Below, in pieces: positions 25,170-38,500 of a DNA stretch of 64,000 nucleotides; position 1 is the first letter of the stretch, and each line of letters opens with the position of its first letter. The DNA is taken from NCBI GenBank assembly GCA_004431415.1, contig QPMI01000225.1:1-64000 (forward strand), written 5' to 3'. A program made the position numbers and the translations under genes. The stretch is from Cyanophora paradoxa CCMP329 (taxonomy: Eukaryota > Plantae > Glaucophyta). The notes under the pieces were generated by a model, which worked only from the letters and a program-made list of their open reading frames with translations, ran no database searches and was not told where the DNA came from.

Positions 25170-25790
25170 ATGGACGTGGTGCACGTGAACCGCACCTCGG
25201 ACTCACTGAAGCAAGTGGACCGGCCGCTCGCGTGCGCGCCCCGCCGGCATCGCAGCGAGCGCGCAGTCGACGCGCCGCGCAGCCTGGCGCTTGTCGTGTT
25301 CGGTGTCGTCTCGATCCTCGTCGCAATAACCTGCTGCTGCATCCTCGCGACGCGCCTGGTGCGGCGCCCACGGCCGCCGCGCGCCCCCGCGCCCCTTCTC
25401 ACGCCCGCTCCGTCTCTGCCCAGGCCCGCGGCAAGACCGGGCACTTTATTCTGGAGTGCGTTTGACCCGCACCCGCTTTCTGCCGCCCATCGACCCGCCC
25501 CCCGCGCAGGTCGAAGCCCTACTCGACCCTTGGCGCCGACAACTCGTATCCCCTTGGCGGACCCTCGGTACGCCCGGCCAACCCCCCACCCACCCCTCGC
25601 CCCCGAGCGCCCGGCGACCAGCACCGCTGCAGAGCGTGCCCACCGTCATGGGTTATGGCGGCCTGCAGTGTGAGCTGTACCCCCCTGCAGCCCCCGACCC
25701 CCTTGCCCCAGGCCTGACTCCCCGCTTCTGCAGCATCCCTGCACTCGACGGGCTCGGGCACCTACTCGTACTCGGGTGCTCGTGTATAAT
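25170..25790 (+). CDS. Small hypothetical single-pass membrane protein (spliced)
   Basis: Hydrophobic segment LALVVFGVVSILVAITCCCILA flanked by GTGCGC..GCAG-type introns; no family recognised. Confidence 0.4.
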
Positions 25791-26976
25791 ACCGCTTCGG
25801 CTGAATGCCGATTCCCGGAACAGTGTTTAGCCTTAAACTCCTAGTGCTTTCTTACAGTTTTATAGTGCGCGCTCGCCATCAGGCATTCAGTTGCAACGCC
25901 TCCTCTTTCTATCAATCGACCAGAACATGAATTTCTTGCTTGCCGCTGCCTTCGAATTCGGGCTACGTCGTCGACCCCGGATCCCTAGCTATAGGCCTCG
26001 AAACTTTCGTAGCCACTATACGAAGGGCGCGCATGGAGGGAAGGGAGGGAGGGGGGACCACCTAAAGCTATCAGTGATCGTGATCATGACCCAAATCCTC
26101 CAGAACCGCCGCACGGGCGTTTCCTACTCCATGAGCGCGGCCGCGCTCCCGCAGGGCTCGGTTTGAAGAAAGCAGTTGCATTCGTGTCAAGAGAACGTCA
26201 GAGAATCGGGACTCGCGGGCGAGCAGGTGTTCTTGGCCATGGACGTTGTATCGTGATGATCCTGATATCGATTAGATCCACGCATCCGCTGCGTCGGCGG
26301 CCTCGAGCTCCAGTTCGGCCGCAGCGTCACCCCAAAGCAAGTCCGCATCCGTCGCCGCGCACTCCGTCGCCAGGTCGGCCTCTGCCGTCGACGTCAGTGC
26401 CGAGGCGACGTCCGCCAGCCACGTCTCCTCCTCCGCGGCCTGATCGGCAATTCCGTCGGTGCAACGTGGTGTAAATCAGTTGTAAATCAGTGAACGGACC
26501 TGGTCATCGGTGTCGAGCTCTGCCCGCCGGAACCAGCGGGTGCCGTGGTTGGTGCGCCAGTACACCTGGAAGTGCCTGCGGCGGATCTGGGTGGGGAGCT
26601 ATGTTTCAAACCACCGAAGCAGGACGCACTGGCCAGGGAGAGTCGGGGTGCGGCGGTGGACCATCTTGGTTGTGTGTGCGATGGGGGTACGCCAACCGGC
26701 GATCCAAACAGAACTGGCCCTGAGCTTCTGGGGCCTTTGGCTGGTTTCGAATTCCCTCGTCCGTGATTACTACGCTGCTGGAGTTAGCTTCCATACGGAC
26801 GAGCGTAGGGGACAGTGCACAGCGAAAGCTTAAGCAAGCTACAGCACAGCTGCTACCGCAGAGCTCTAAAACTCAAAAGCTCGAGCTAACGCATTCTGCC
26901 TAGCTCCTCGGCGCCGACAGGCCGGGACAGCCGATCCAGGCGAAGCGCGAGCCCCCAGGCACCGCGCTCCGGTCCC

Positions 26977-27693
26977 ATGGACCCCGTAGCGCAGTTGCAG
27001 CTGCCCCCGAAATGGCACGCGGAGACCCTTCGCGCGTACAATCTGATCGTGGCCGCCCAGAAGAGCGGCGGCGAGCAGGGCGGCGGGCCCGAGGGAGGCG
27101 CCCCGAGGCTGCGCGAGCTCGCGCGGCTCGTGGACGCCTACGTCGATTCGGGGGCGGTCGCCGGCGCCGTCCCGTGGCCCTCGGCCCCGCTGGAGGAGCC
27201 GCTCTCGCTCTCCCTCGCGGAGGCGCACCTGACGGCGCGCGGGCTGCACGGGCCGGCCGCCGTCGCCGACTTTGCGGCGTTCGTCTCCCGCGTGCTCTGC
27301 ATCGAGTCGCAGCTGGCGGCCGAGCTCCGGGACTCCGCGGCGCGCTGGAGCAGGGCCGTGCGCGCCCTCGACGCCCGCGACCTCGGCGCGCCCCGCCCCC
27401 CGGCCCCGCGTCTCCTTCTCACGCCCGCCTCGCAGCGATGTTCGCGATGCGCCTGCTGCCCGACCCCGCGGCCCGCTGGCTGGCGCACCGCCTCTCGGGG
27501 GCCGGCGGGGGCGCGGCGGGCGCCCACTCGAAGTACCTCTCGGGCTCGACCCGTCGATGTTCCACGATGCGGCGGGGTCGGCCCCTCGGCGCTGCTGGCC
27601 CCCGCGCCTGCGAGCGGGGCCTGCGCTCGGCGGGGCTCGCCGCCGCCCCGCCGTCGACGCCTCCTCCGAGTGCCTCGAGGCCCTCCTCCGCGT

Positions 27694-27724
<31 letters not shown>

Positions 27725-30700
27725 CCCTGTCCCCCGGCCGGACGCGAGCCCGCCGCGCAGGTGGCGCTGCTGGTGAAGCGGCTGCACGAGCTGCTGGAGG
27801 CGCGCCCCGGGTCGGCCCCGGCGCCGCACGTCCAGGCCCGCCTCGTCATCGCCGAGCTCGTCGCCTCGCGGGCAACCCCGGCCGGCGCCGACGCGGCGGC
27901 CTACGGGCGGGCCTGGGCCAACGTGCTCGTGGCGAGCGGCGGCCTCGACGCCCTCGTCCGCACCCTCCTCGAGTCCCCCGAGGCGTCCCTCGTGCGGCCC
28001 CGCCCCAGCGCCCCGCCCCGCCCCCGCCCGCCTCACCGCGGGGAAGAGCGCCGGGGACCGGGAGGGGGTGCACGGGACGCTGCGGGCGGTGCTCGACCAG
28101 AGGCTGGACGAGGCCACCGAGCGCCACGAGGTGCCCCCCTCCCCCCTTCCACGCCCCGCCCGCGCCCCTCCGACGCCGGCGTAGATGGCGACGCGCGTGG
28201 CCGTGCGGCGGTTCCTGGAGTTTGAGGACGTCGCGGAGGGGCCGTACCCCCTCCCAGCCGCCGCCACCCGAGTCACCTTCCCGGGGCGCGGCGTACCCCC
28301 AGCCGCCGCCCCTCCCGCCCCTCCCTTGCCGAAGGAGGAGGAGGAGGGGGGCGACGGAACAGGCCCCAGGAGGGGGTACACTGCCACGGACTGGGTGCGG
28401 TTCCTCCTGGCGCGGCCCGAGCGGGACCCGTACGAGAGGGCCGACGCCCTCGACCGCCTCGTCCACTGGGATCAGGTACCCCTCCTCCATGCACACCGGC
28501 GAAAGCTTTTCTAATATCCCCATCCCCCCCCCTCCCCACAACCTTCCGCACCGCCTCGCAGCTCCGTCTCCTAACGTCTGTGGAGCGGGACCCACCCGCC
28601 CCTGAGGAAGCGGGGTACTGGGGCGACGGCGGCGAGCTCCCCCAGCAGCCGAACGTGCGGTACCCCCCGGCCCCACGGGCCTCGCCCCTCTCTCACGGCG
28701 GCGTCATCGCCCTCGTGGTACCCACCATCCCCCGCCTTCCCCCCCTCTCCGTCCCCCTGCTCTCCCGTCATTCCCCCTCACCCCGGCAGGTCTCGCGGCT
28801 GCGGATCGGGAGCACGCACCACTCGGAGCACGAGCCTCGCACCCCCGTCCGCTGTCACCTTCTGAAGTTCCTGTTCCTCCTGCTGCTCGGCAGCGGCGAG
28901 CGCGGGCGGATCAAATTCAGGGAGGCCGGCGGCCTCTCCGCCGCCGCGGAGCTCATCCGGGGGCGCGCTGGGCCCCGCAGGCGCGCCTCTGCCCTCTGAA
29001 CCGTTCGGGCCGAGAGCTGAAGCGCACTTCCACCAGGTACCGTCTTCCCCGGCAGCTCGCGGAGGAGGAGCTCGACTTCGTGTTCGAGGGCGCGTGCACC
29101 CCTTCTTTCTTCCCCTCCGGCCTCAACGGGGCGCAGGCCACGACGGGGGGCGCGGGGCGGGGGTCGCGGGGGCCACGGCGTTCCACTACGACGAGGACCA
29201 CGCGGACGCCGGGGGTGCACCTCCAGCGCCACGAGCCCCCCGCCCCGCCGCGCTCGCCCGGGCCGATGGAAGCGCGGGGCAGTGTACGGGGAGAAGGACC
29301 GGGAGCGGGCGGTGGAGCTGCTGGCGCGCCTCGCCGGCATCGAGGGCATGGAGGGCGGCTCCCGCGGGCGGCCCCTCGCCGGTCCCCTCCCCTCCTCCCC
29401 TCCCTCCCCCGCCCCGCCCCGCCCCGCCCCCTCTCTCGAGCGCCCCCTCGCCAGGCTGGTCGTGGGGCGCCAGGGCCCTCCAGGAGGAGGCCGCCGCCGC
29501 CGGCCCCGCCGCCGCCGGCGCCCTCTTCGAGGCCCTCGTCGCCTACGCCTCGGTACCCCTCCCACCGCCCCGAGCTATTCTTAGACGTTCCGCCCCACTT
29601 GACGCCGGCGCCGCAGTCGCTGGCCTGGTCGATGCGGCAGGCGGCCGAGGTCTACGGGATGTCGGGCATCGAGGGCGTCCAGGTGGGCGGGCGTCCACGG
29701 ACCTGTCTCCTTCCGATCCGCATCTCTTCTGTACCCCCCGACGCCTCTCGTTCGTCAGATCGGCCGGGAGCGGACGCTCAGGAGCGTCGCGGGGCTCGTA
29801 TCGATCCTCCTAGGAGCCGAGGGGGGAGAGGAGGGCGACGCGGCCGCCCGCGACCTCGTCCAGGTGCGTTCCCTGTACCCCGGCCCAACCTCTCCCCTGA
29901 GTCCCCCCCCCCCCTCTCTTTCAGGCCCTCTCTGGAGCGGCCGCGGAGTGCGCGGCGGGGGCGGGTCCCCCTGTACCCGTCGACGGCCTCCCCGCCGCCC
30001 TCCTGGTCCGCTCCATGTCCTGTAGCGTATCCCGCCTTGCTCTCGCTCACGTCTCTTGCTCCCCCTTCCCCCTTCCCCCCCCCCCCCCCCCCCCCCCCCC
30101 CCCACCCCTTCCCCGCCCCCCTTTTACCAGAGTCTGGGGTACCTCTCTGGGTCGGCGCCGCTGGCGACCGGGCTGTTGGGCGGGGCGGCGCCGGGGCCGG
30201 TGGCCCCGGGCCATCCCACCGGCCGCGCCGCCCTCCTCGTCCTCTTCGGCCGCCTCCACCTGTGCTTGCCCCCCCGCGCCTCATCCCCCTCGCCCTGACG
30301 CCCCTACCCCCCTATTCCTCCACCCCCCAGCGCCGTGGACTCCTGGCTCCGCTCCTCCTTCCGGGACCCCAAGGAGGAGAACGACGGCGCCGGCCCGGGG
30401 CCCGCAGCCCGGCGCGCAGCCAACCCGCCCTAGTCGCCCCCACGGCCCTCTCACCGGGGCGCAGGAAGGGGGCGCGGGAGCTGACGGCGGCGGTGCTGCG
30501 GGGGGCCCTCGCGCGGCACGCGCCGGCGTCCACGCAAGAGCTCGAGGGTGCGCACCCCGATGCACCCCGACGCGCCCCGCTGCGGTGCGATGCGGTGCGA
30601 TGCGAGCAGGGGCGGCGGCTGCGGCGTACGTGGCGGCGCTGCGGCTGCGGGCGCGCGAGGGGACGCTGCTGGTGCGGCGGGGCCCCACGCGGGGCCCGGC

Positions 30701-33485
30701 GGCGGCGAGGGCGACGAGGACGGGGTCCCCGCGTCCGCCTCCGCCTCCTCTGCCGCCTCGTCCTCCCTGAGGAGACCGTTCCCCGCCTTCCTGGACGAGA
30801 GCCTGGAGGAGACGCCGGCTCCCCGCCCTGGGCCCCAGGCGCGGCGGGCGTCGCTGGGCTCGACGCCGCAGGCGGGGCCCGCGTGCACGCCGTGCCCCAG
30901 CTCGAGGAGTCCCCGGGGCCCGCGCCCCTCCGCGAGCCCCCGAGCGCCCCGAGTCCCGCCTCCGCGCCGGCCGCGGCCTCAAGGGCGGCGGGCGCTACCC
31001 CCTGAGCCCGGCGGCGACGGCGGCGGCGGCTCGGGCCCCGCTTCCTCCGGCTCGACGGGAGCACGGAGAGCGGGGCCGCGGGCGGGGGCGGCCTGCACGA
31101 GATGCCCGCGCTGCCCTCGCCCGACGGCGGGCCGCGGCGTGGCAGGCCTACCTCGACAAGGCGCGCGCGCCGCCCGTCGTGCAGCCTCGAGGCTTGGTCC
31201 GATCCGAGCGGGGCGCCTCGCGCGCAGGTCGCGGAGATGGCGCGCGCCGCCGCCGCCGCCGCCGCCTCCCCGCCCCGCCCCGCCGCCGGCCGCTTCACCG
31301 ACTCGGAGCCCGTGCGGCCGGCCCCGCCTCCGACTCGACCCGCCTTCGCCTGAGGAGGGGGCGCGGGGGGCAGAGCATCGCGGAGGACGACGGGCCGAGC
31401 ATGGAGGTGGACCGCCTGGGGGAGTCCCCCCTCAGGTCCCCCCTCTCGGCCGCCCCAGAGAGCCCCGGGCCCGGCGCCCCCAGCGAAGGGCCCTCCGGCC
31501 TCTCCCAGGACGGTGCGCCGCTCCCCGCGCGCGCCCCGTCCTTCGAGCGCGGCACCGGAGCGCACTTTTCGCAGCCTCGCGGGCCACGGGCGCCTTCCTC
31601 GCGCTCGCGGACCAGCTGCAGGTACCCCCGCTGCGCTCGCCCCCCCACCCCCCACCCCCCACCCCCCAAAAGAATAATTAAAGCTGATCTCCCCCCGCAG
31701 CGGCTCGACGAGGAGCTCGAGCGCGCCTCCGGCGTCAACGCGACGCGCTTCAGGTCCGCCGGCGCGGGGTTCGAATCCGAGCGGGGCCCTCTCTGAGCCG
31801 CTGGGGCAGCGTCGGGTCGGCGCCGGACCCGTCGGAGGGGCCGCCGCTGCGCGAGCCGCCGCCCTTCCGGTCCCTCTTCCTCCCCGCCTACGCCCGCGGG
31901 CCGGCCCCGCAGCTCCCCGCCTTCGGGGGCACGCTGGCGGCGCAGCACGCGCTGGGGGCCGAGGAGGCGCCCGAGGGCTCCGAGGAGGACGCCTCCGACG
32001 CGCCGCCCCGGGCGGTGGTGTACCCCCTGGAGCCCCCCGGGCCCGACCGCCTCCTCCGCGCCGCCATCACGGTGCCCCCGCGTCCCTCCCGGTTCGCGTA
32101 CCCCCCCTCCTCCCTCCCGACGGGTCGGGCGCGCGCGCAGGACGCGTACGGGGCGGTGGCGGCGGGGAGCGAGGGGCGCGCCCTCTGCCCCGCCGCCCGC
32201 CTCGCCCTCGCCCGCGTCGCCCTCGCCCTCGGGCTCGGGCTCCCCGCACCCCTCCCCGCCCGCCCCGGTGCCCCCCGCCGCCCGCCGCCCCGCCCCCCTG
32301 CCCCCTCCGATTGTCCCTGCAGGGGAGACGACGCCGCCGGGGACGCCGGCGCGCCCGTCGTCCCCGCAGCCCGTCCTGCGCCTCTCCGGCGTCCGCCTCC
32401 GGCCCTCCCTCCTCACCCGCTTCCCCCAGGCGAGCTCCCCCCGATCTTTCGTTCTCTCTCGCTTTGCGGCCCCGTTCCCCACGCACCCGTGCGGCAGGAC
32501 TCGCCCTCCGCCCTCCTCGCCTCCATCGCGACGGCGCTGCGGGTGCCCTCCCCCTCGCGTTGTACCCCCGCCAGCCCAGCACGCGAGCACCCGCGCAGCA
32601 CATCGCGACGGTCGACCCGCCCCCTCCCGCCGCCTTCCCGACGATCTCGCACCTCGTGCGCGCCGGTGCCGGCGGCCGCTCCGGGGTGCGCGGCTCGAGT
32701 GCGGGGGCAGGTGTTCCAGCTCGCGTGGTCGCACGCCTCCGAGTTCCGCTTCACCTCCCTCCCGGTCCGCTCCCCCTCCACGGCCCGCCGCCCCGCGCTC
32801 CCCCCCCCTGACCCCTGCGCCCCGCGGGCGGCGGCAGGCGCTGATGGAGGGCCTGGGGCTGCTGACCGACGGCGAGTTCGACGGGGAGTGGGGGGACCCC
32901 GTCCACAACAGCCCCCGCCTCTTCGCCGCCCTCGAGGCCGCCTCCGTGCGCCCCCCGCCCCAAGTCGCACGGGGCGCGCCCCACGCTCACGCGGCCTCGC
33001 CTCAGGGGCCGGCGCGGGCGGTGCACGAGGGCGCCTGCGCGTCGCTCTTCGCCGTGGGGCCCCTCCACCTCGTCAAGGTGCCCGCCCCGCCCCGCCCCGG
33101 GTCGCCCTGCAAGACGCGCGGGCGCCCTCCGTCGAGCCGCCTCGCCCCGCAGCTCGGGCCCCTCTGGCACCTCTACGCCCCGGCGCTGGGCGGGCTGCCG
33201 CTGCTGGAGCCCGCCCCGCCCCGCCCGAGGCCGCCGGGGCCTACTTCGGCGCCCGGCCCGCCGCTGCTGCTGCGGCAGCGGCCGCGGACGCCCCGCGCAA
33301 GGGCCCCAGCCCCCGCCGGCGCGGCCGGCCACGGGGAGCCCCCTCTCGGGCGGCCGGCCGGCGAGGGCCCGCCCCATGGCGCGCCCGGCGCGGCGACCGC
33401 CCGCGGAGCGCCGCGTCTAGCCATGGCCGCATGCAGGAGAGAGTTGCTGTCTGAACGAATTCTTGGTTTTCTGACCTACCACTGA
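26977..33485 (+). CDS. Large hypothetical multi-exon protein, probably alpha-helical/ARM-like
   Basis: Coding-like exons bounded by typical splice signals: MDPVAQLQLPPKWHAETLRAYNLIVAAQK; DWVRFLLARPERDPYERADALDRLVHWDQ; CHLLKFLFLLLLGSGERGRIKFREAGGLSAAAELIR; VFQLAWSHASEFRFTSLP; ALMEGLGLLTDGEFDGEWGDP. Family not recognised, and it could be more than one gene. Confidence 0.6.
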
Positions 33486-33553
33486 CATCGATCATGTGAT
33501 TATCTAAAAATCGATCTATTTGGCGTTGAATACTGGATTTAGAGAGAAAAGTC

Positions 33554-33906
33554 TCAAGCCTCGCGAGGCGACATCATGTTCAGCGGCGGGCGGCGGACGT
33601 CGACGTTCTTCGTTTTACGGCTGCCCTCGGCACCGGCTTTCGAATTCTTGCTGGTGCTCGAGCTCGGCTGCGAGATCGCGGCCGTGGGCCCGCTGAAAAG
33701 CCCCGAACGATGCGGCTGCGGCTCGATCGCGATGCCAAGGCAGATTCGGATGATGCGCTCGAGCTCCTTCACGTCCCGATCCGGGAGGAGCTGGCGCGGG
33801 TTCAAAGTCGAGCTTGCAGAGAGCACGTGGGGCGTACCAGGCTCCTCCGCGCGCCTGTGCAGCAAGGCGCTGGCGGTCGCGGGGCATCGAGCGGGGCGTC
33901 CATTTC
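33554..33906 (-). CDS. Possible terminal exon of a small hypothetical gene
   Basis: Open frame ..LNPRQLLPDRDVKELERIIRICLGIAIEP..SPREA* downstream of a minus-strand CTGCAG acceptor. Confidence 0.3.
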
Positions 33907-35509
33907 TGCAGCGAGCGTCAGGCAGCGAAGCGCAAAGGCTGCACGAACGTTAACGCACTAGCGGCCGCAGCAGCTGGCGGCGAGGCTCCGCGATCAGAGC
34001 GTGCGCATTCTTCGCCGATCGATAATTTCGCAGCTCCGGATCCTACGCAAGCGAATTCGAAAAATCAGCAAAGCCGGCGCATGCCATGATGTAGGCCTAA
34101 GCGAGGGAGAATCTTGACATCTTGGATTTCTGCAATTGCAAGCGGGCGAGCTGGAGAGCGTGGGACCGGAATGGACGACGCACCCGCGAATGTGTGCCGC
34201 AAATTCGAATCTGCTGGAGAGCCCGTGCGTCCTTGCATTTCTTCGAGTGCTATATACGTACGGACGCCTGCAGCTGCACTTTCGATTCGAGTATACGTAG
34301 CTAAATCTAGAACTTCGAGTTCGAGGATCGGAGATGTAGAATTCAATTCGAAGAGCTCGAGCTCGAGCGCGAGGATCCCCCCGGAGCTTCATGCAATTGC
34401 AATTCATACGTATACGCATATTCGAGCGCCGGCGCCGCGTCCTCCGGATCCTTATAATTATAATATTAAGCTTCGCCTAGGCCTCCGAAGCCGTCCCCTC
34501 GAGCTCCGCATTTGTCTTGCGCATGCTGTCCTAGCTCTTATAATTATAATTACGTACATACTTCTCTGCTTCAATTTCTAGCTATGCATGATTCTTTCTC
34601 ACTCTCTCACTATAAGCTTCGATCAGCCGGGGCCTAGGGCCTCATGCAGGTCAATTCTGACCGAAGGCCCGGCGAAGGGAAGACGTCAACGAGATCTAGA
34701 CGAGACTGAAGAGGCTGTACGTATAATCCGAATTTCCGGATTTCGATCATATGCATGCATAGCCGCCGTTGGCCGGGGCCCGGCCGGGGGCGGCCGGCGC
34801 GCGCGGGGGGCCCGGCGGGGGGCCGGCGGGCGGCGGCCCGGCGGCGGCGGCGCCGCTCTCTCCTGAGATTTCCGAATTTCGATCGGCTTTTCGATCCGAA
34901 CTCCGAATAATTACCCCCCGGATTTTCGCGGCTGAACACGCGCAGGGGTACGGGTCTAGCCTAGATCAAGAGCTTTTGAGCCTTTACCCGGGTAATTTGG
35001 TCTGTAAAGCCTCGACGTCGACGGGCCGACGACGGCCCTCGAGCTCCTTGGATTTGCGATCGAGAAGCGGATGTGTTGATGGGGGGTAATGCGTTGCGCG
35101 ATGGCACCGAGGCGCCGGCTACGTGGCATGCGAGGCGTCTGCAGCCTGCAGGTGGCAGCAGCGCTAGCAGCAGTTCGTCAGCCTAGGAGTCAGTGAGCAT
35201 TAATATTCTGAGCACTGAGCACTGACAGCTGCAGGCTACGTAGAACGCACCGTAGTACTGCGAGTACTAGTTCAGCGAATCTTTGCCGAAGCGCTGCATG
35301 CGCAGCCTGGCAGCCTTGCAGCTGCAGGCTCTTCGAATTCGAAGCCGTAGCCTGCAGCTGCAGCTCGGCCCGCGGCCGCGCACCGCCAGCACGGCCGCGG
35401 CCGGCCATGCATATGATCATGATGTACATGCATATGTCGACGGCCCGCATGCGCATGCGTGGCTGTAGTCCCCACGGGCGTGTGCATTGTCAACCCCGCA
35501 TGCATATGC

Positions 35510-38500
35510 ATGGCCAATTGCAAGTCCCGGCCGCGGGTTCGTGCGCGTGCCGTCGAAGGCGCTGATCGCCCAACGGGCGACAGCTCCGTGTCCGACGCTT
35601 CTGACCGTGAGCCTGCGCCCTGCGCCTGCGTCTGTGCAGCCGTGCTCCTCGTGGCGCTCGCGGCGTGCGCGGCGCTCCTCCCGCGGGGAGCCGCGGCCGG
35701 CGCCGCCGCCGACGAGGACCTCTACTTCCCCGCCCTGAACTGGACTTCCCCGACGACGGCAGCGGAGGCCCAGACGCCGGTCCGCCTCGCCCCATGCGCA
35801 TGCCAGCCCGGCCGCCGCCGGATCCCCGGATCGGAACTGACCTCTGCGCCGGCGCGGATCGGGAACTCGGGCTGTTTAAATTTGACAGGTCATACGATTC
35901 CTCGCTCTCCGCGCACGGGACGCCCTCGCGGCGTGCGAGGCCACGGGCCGCATCGGAAGGTAAGCCCCGGCCCTCCGAGGTTCCGAGGCTCCGCCCCGGG
36001 CGGCGGGCCGACGTGCCACGGTGTACGGCTCCGGATCCGGTCCGGGTCCCCGGGCCGGATCTGCGGTCTGCTAACGCGCGCCGGTGCCCCCCGCGCAGGA
36101 TCGACTGTCCTGCATCCGTTGACCTCGCGCTTAGAAATCCCACGATTACGGTACGCGCCCCCGCCCCTTCCTTTTCCCTTAAATCCCCCCGAGCTCCGCT
36201 CTAGACCTCGCCCAGTCGTGCGCGCTCACGCTCTTTGCCTGCTGGGCGCTCAGATCCCCCTCGTGCCTACCTCCTCCAAGGTGCATACGCGCTCTTTCTG
36301 AGGGGCCCAGAACCAGGCCGGTTGACGGCCGGGGCTAGCTTGAGTTCGTGTCCATGCCAGCTGCTGATCATGAGCCCTCCCTCCTCGGGCCTCGCATGCG
36401 CAGGGCCAGGCTACCGCCGCGGGTTCCTTCCGGGTTCGCGCCTTAAGCTTCTTCACTGAGTCAGCTTCAGGATCTAAGATATATGGGCCATGGCCGCCGG
36501 GCTGGAGTATATATCCTGAACTCTTGGCAAAATCTGCTCGCGATCGTATGTACCCTTGCGAAAATTGACTGCAATTGAACCCCGCAGGTGAAATCGAAGT
36601 ACGCGGTCGGGCTCTCCACCTCTAAGGACCCTGAAAGCGATGCGTTTACAGTACCCATCCTCATCTCCGACGTCGTGCGCTGCTTCCCGGGCGCACCCCC
36701 ACCCACCCCCACTTTCCCCCCACAACCCCCCCCCCCCGTCCCCCCCCCCCCCCACCTCCGAGCCCTCCCTTCCCCATCACTCCTCCTCTCCTGGGCGCCG
36801 TCCTCCCTCGAGCTCCCTCCTTCCGGCCGATGCCCCCGCCCCCCCTCCCCCCCCACCCCCCCCCCTTCCCACTCTCCCCCACCTCCCCCGCACCTCCCAC
36901 CCCCAACCCCACCTCCGGCCCCCCTCCCCGTCCCCCTCCGGCCCCCCGCCCCACCGGGCACCCCCCACTCCTACCCCCTCCCACCCTACCCCCAACCACT
37001 GTCCCCCCCCCCCCCCCCCCCGCCTCTCTCCCTCTTCTCCCGCCCTCCCCGCCCGCGAGCTCCGGCCGTCGATCCCTTCCCTCCGTGCGCGCCCTTCCTA
37101 TGTGTCTTTTGACTCTTCGGCGCGGCAGGGACCCGAGGGGGCGCTGGTGCAGATGGGAGGGCCGAAGGGGGAGGTGGACCCCGCGACCGGGCGCCTCGTG
37201 GGGGGCACGCGCATCACGGTCCGGGGTACGAGCTTCGGGTCGCTCGTCGCCGGCCGGGGGCCCCCGCCGGGGGGCATGGTCCTCACCGTCGTCGGCTCCT
37301 CCTTCGCGCCTCGGCCGGGGCGCGACGACGACTGCGACGGCGCCGACATCGCGTGCACCGCCGCCGGCGCGGACTCGACGGACCCGATCCTCGCAGCCCG
37401 CGGCATCTCCCCAGCCACCGACTTCAACGGTCGCACAACGCGCGGCAGCGGAACGACGGCCGCCGGTGCCCGTGGCATCTTCCCTGCCACCGACTTCAAC
37501 GGCAGGACGACTCGGGGCGGCGGAATGACGGCGGCCCGCGGCATCTTCCCGGCCACCAACTTCAACGGCAGGACGACGCGCGGCGCCGCTGTCATCACGG
37601 TCGTCGGCAGCGCCTTCGCGAAGATCGAGCCGGCGGTGAACTTCAACGGGCGCTCCACGCGGGGCTTCCACGTTCTGACCGTCGCCGGCCCCGCGTTCGT
37701 GGACCTGGAGGAGTCGGACCTGCCCAAGGCCGGCGCCGTCCTCACGGTCACCGGCTCGAGCTTCGCGCCGGGCCGCGACGACGACTGCGACGGGTTCTTC
37801 TGCGCCGTCGACGGGCGCGACAACGACTGCGACGGGGCGGTGGATCCCGAATGCGCAGCGAAGGCCGCGGCCGCCATGTCGGAATCGAAGCTGGTGTGGA
37901 GCCCGCGGAGCAACCGCGAGGTCATTGCCGCGCTCGGCGGCTCCGCATCCGCCGGCGGCGCCCTCTCGCTCACGATCGACGGGGCCGCCTTTGGCAGCGG
38001 CGCTCTCGCCGCGCTGTCCCCGCCGATGTCGAAGGACGCCTCCGGGCCGGGCGGCGTGGCCCTCACGGTTGTCGGGACGCCGTTCGTCGAGGCGCCGGCG
38101 CCGGCCCTCGTCGCCGCCGCCGACGGGACCCTGCTCGCCCTCTTCCCGCTCCCCGACGCCGTCCCCGACCCGTGGGCGGTCCTCGGCCCCGCCGAGGTCT
38201 TCGGGGGCACCCCCGGCCGCCTCGCGATGGGCTGGCCGGGTCGGGAGGAGGGGGCGGCGGCCGCGGCCACGGGGGGCGGCGTGCTGGCCGGGCAGACCCT
38301 CGCCGCCCGCCTCGGGCCCGGCAAGGAGGCCGAGGCGCTCCTGGCGGCCCGCGGCATCTACCCCGCCACCGACTTCAACGGCCGCTCGGCCCGCCTCGCG
38401 TCCGTCTGGCCGCCCGTCGACTACGACTCGGCCCCCTTCTACAACAGCAACGAGGGCGTCCTCTCCTTTGCAACCAGGTCAGCTCCTCCGCGCCCTTCGT

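Noticed and set aside
26440-26840. Short ORFs upstream of the 26977 gene
   Set aside because: No splice pattern or recognisable homology.
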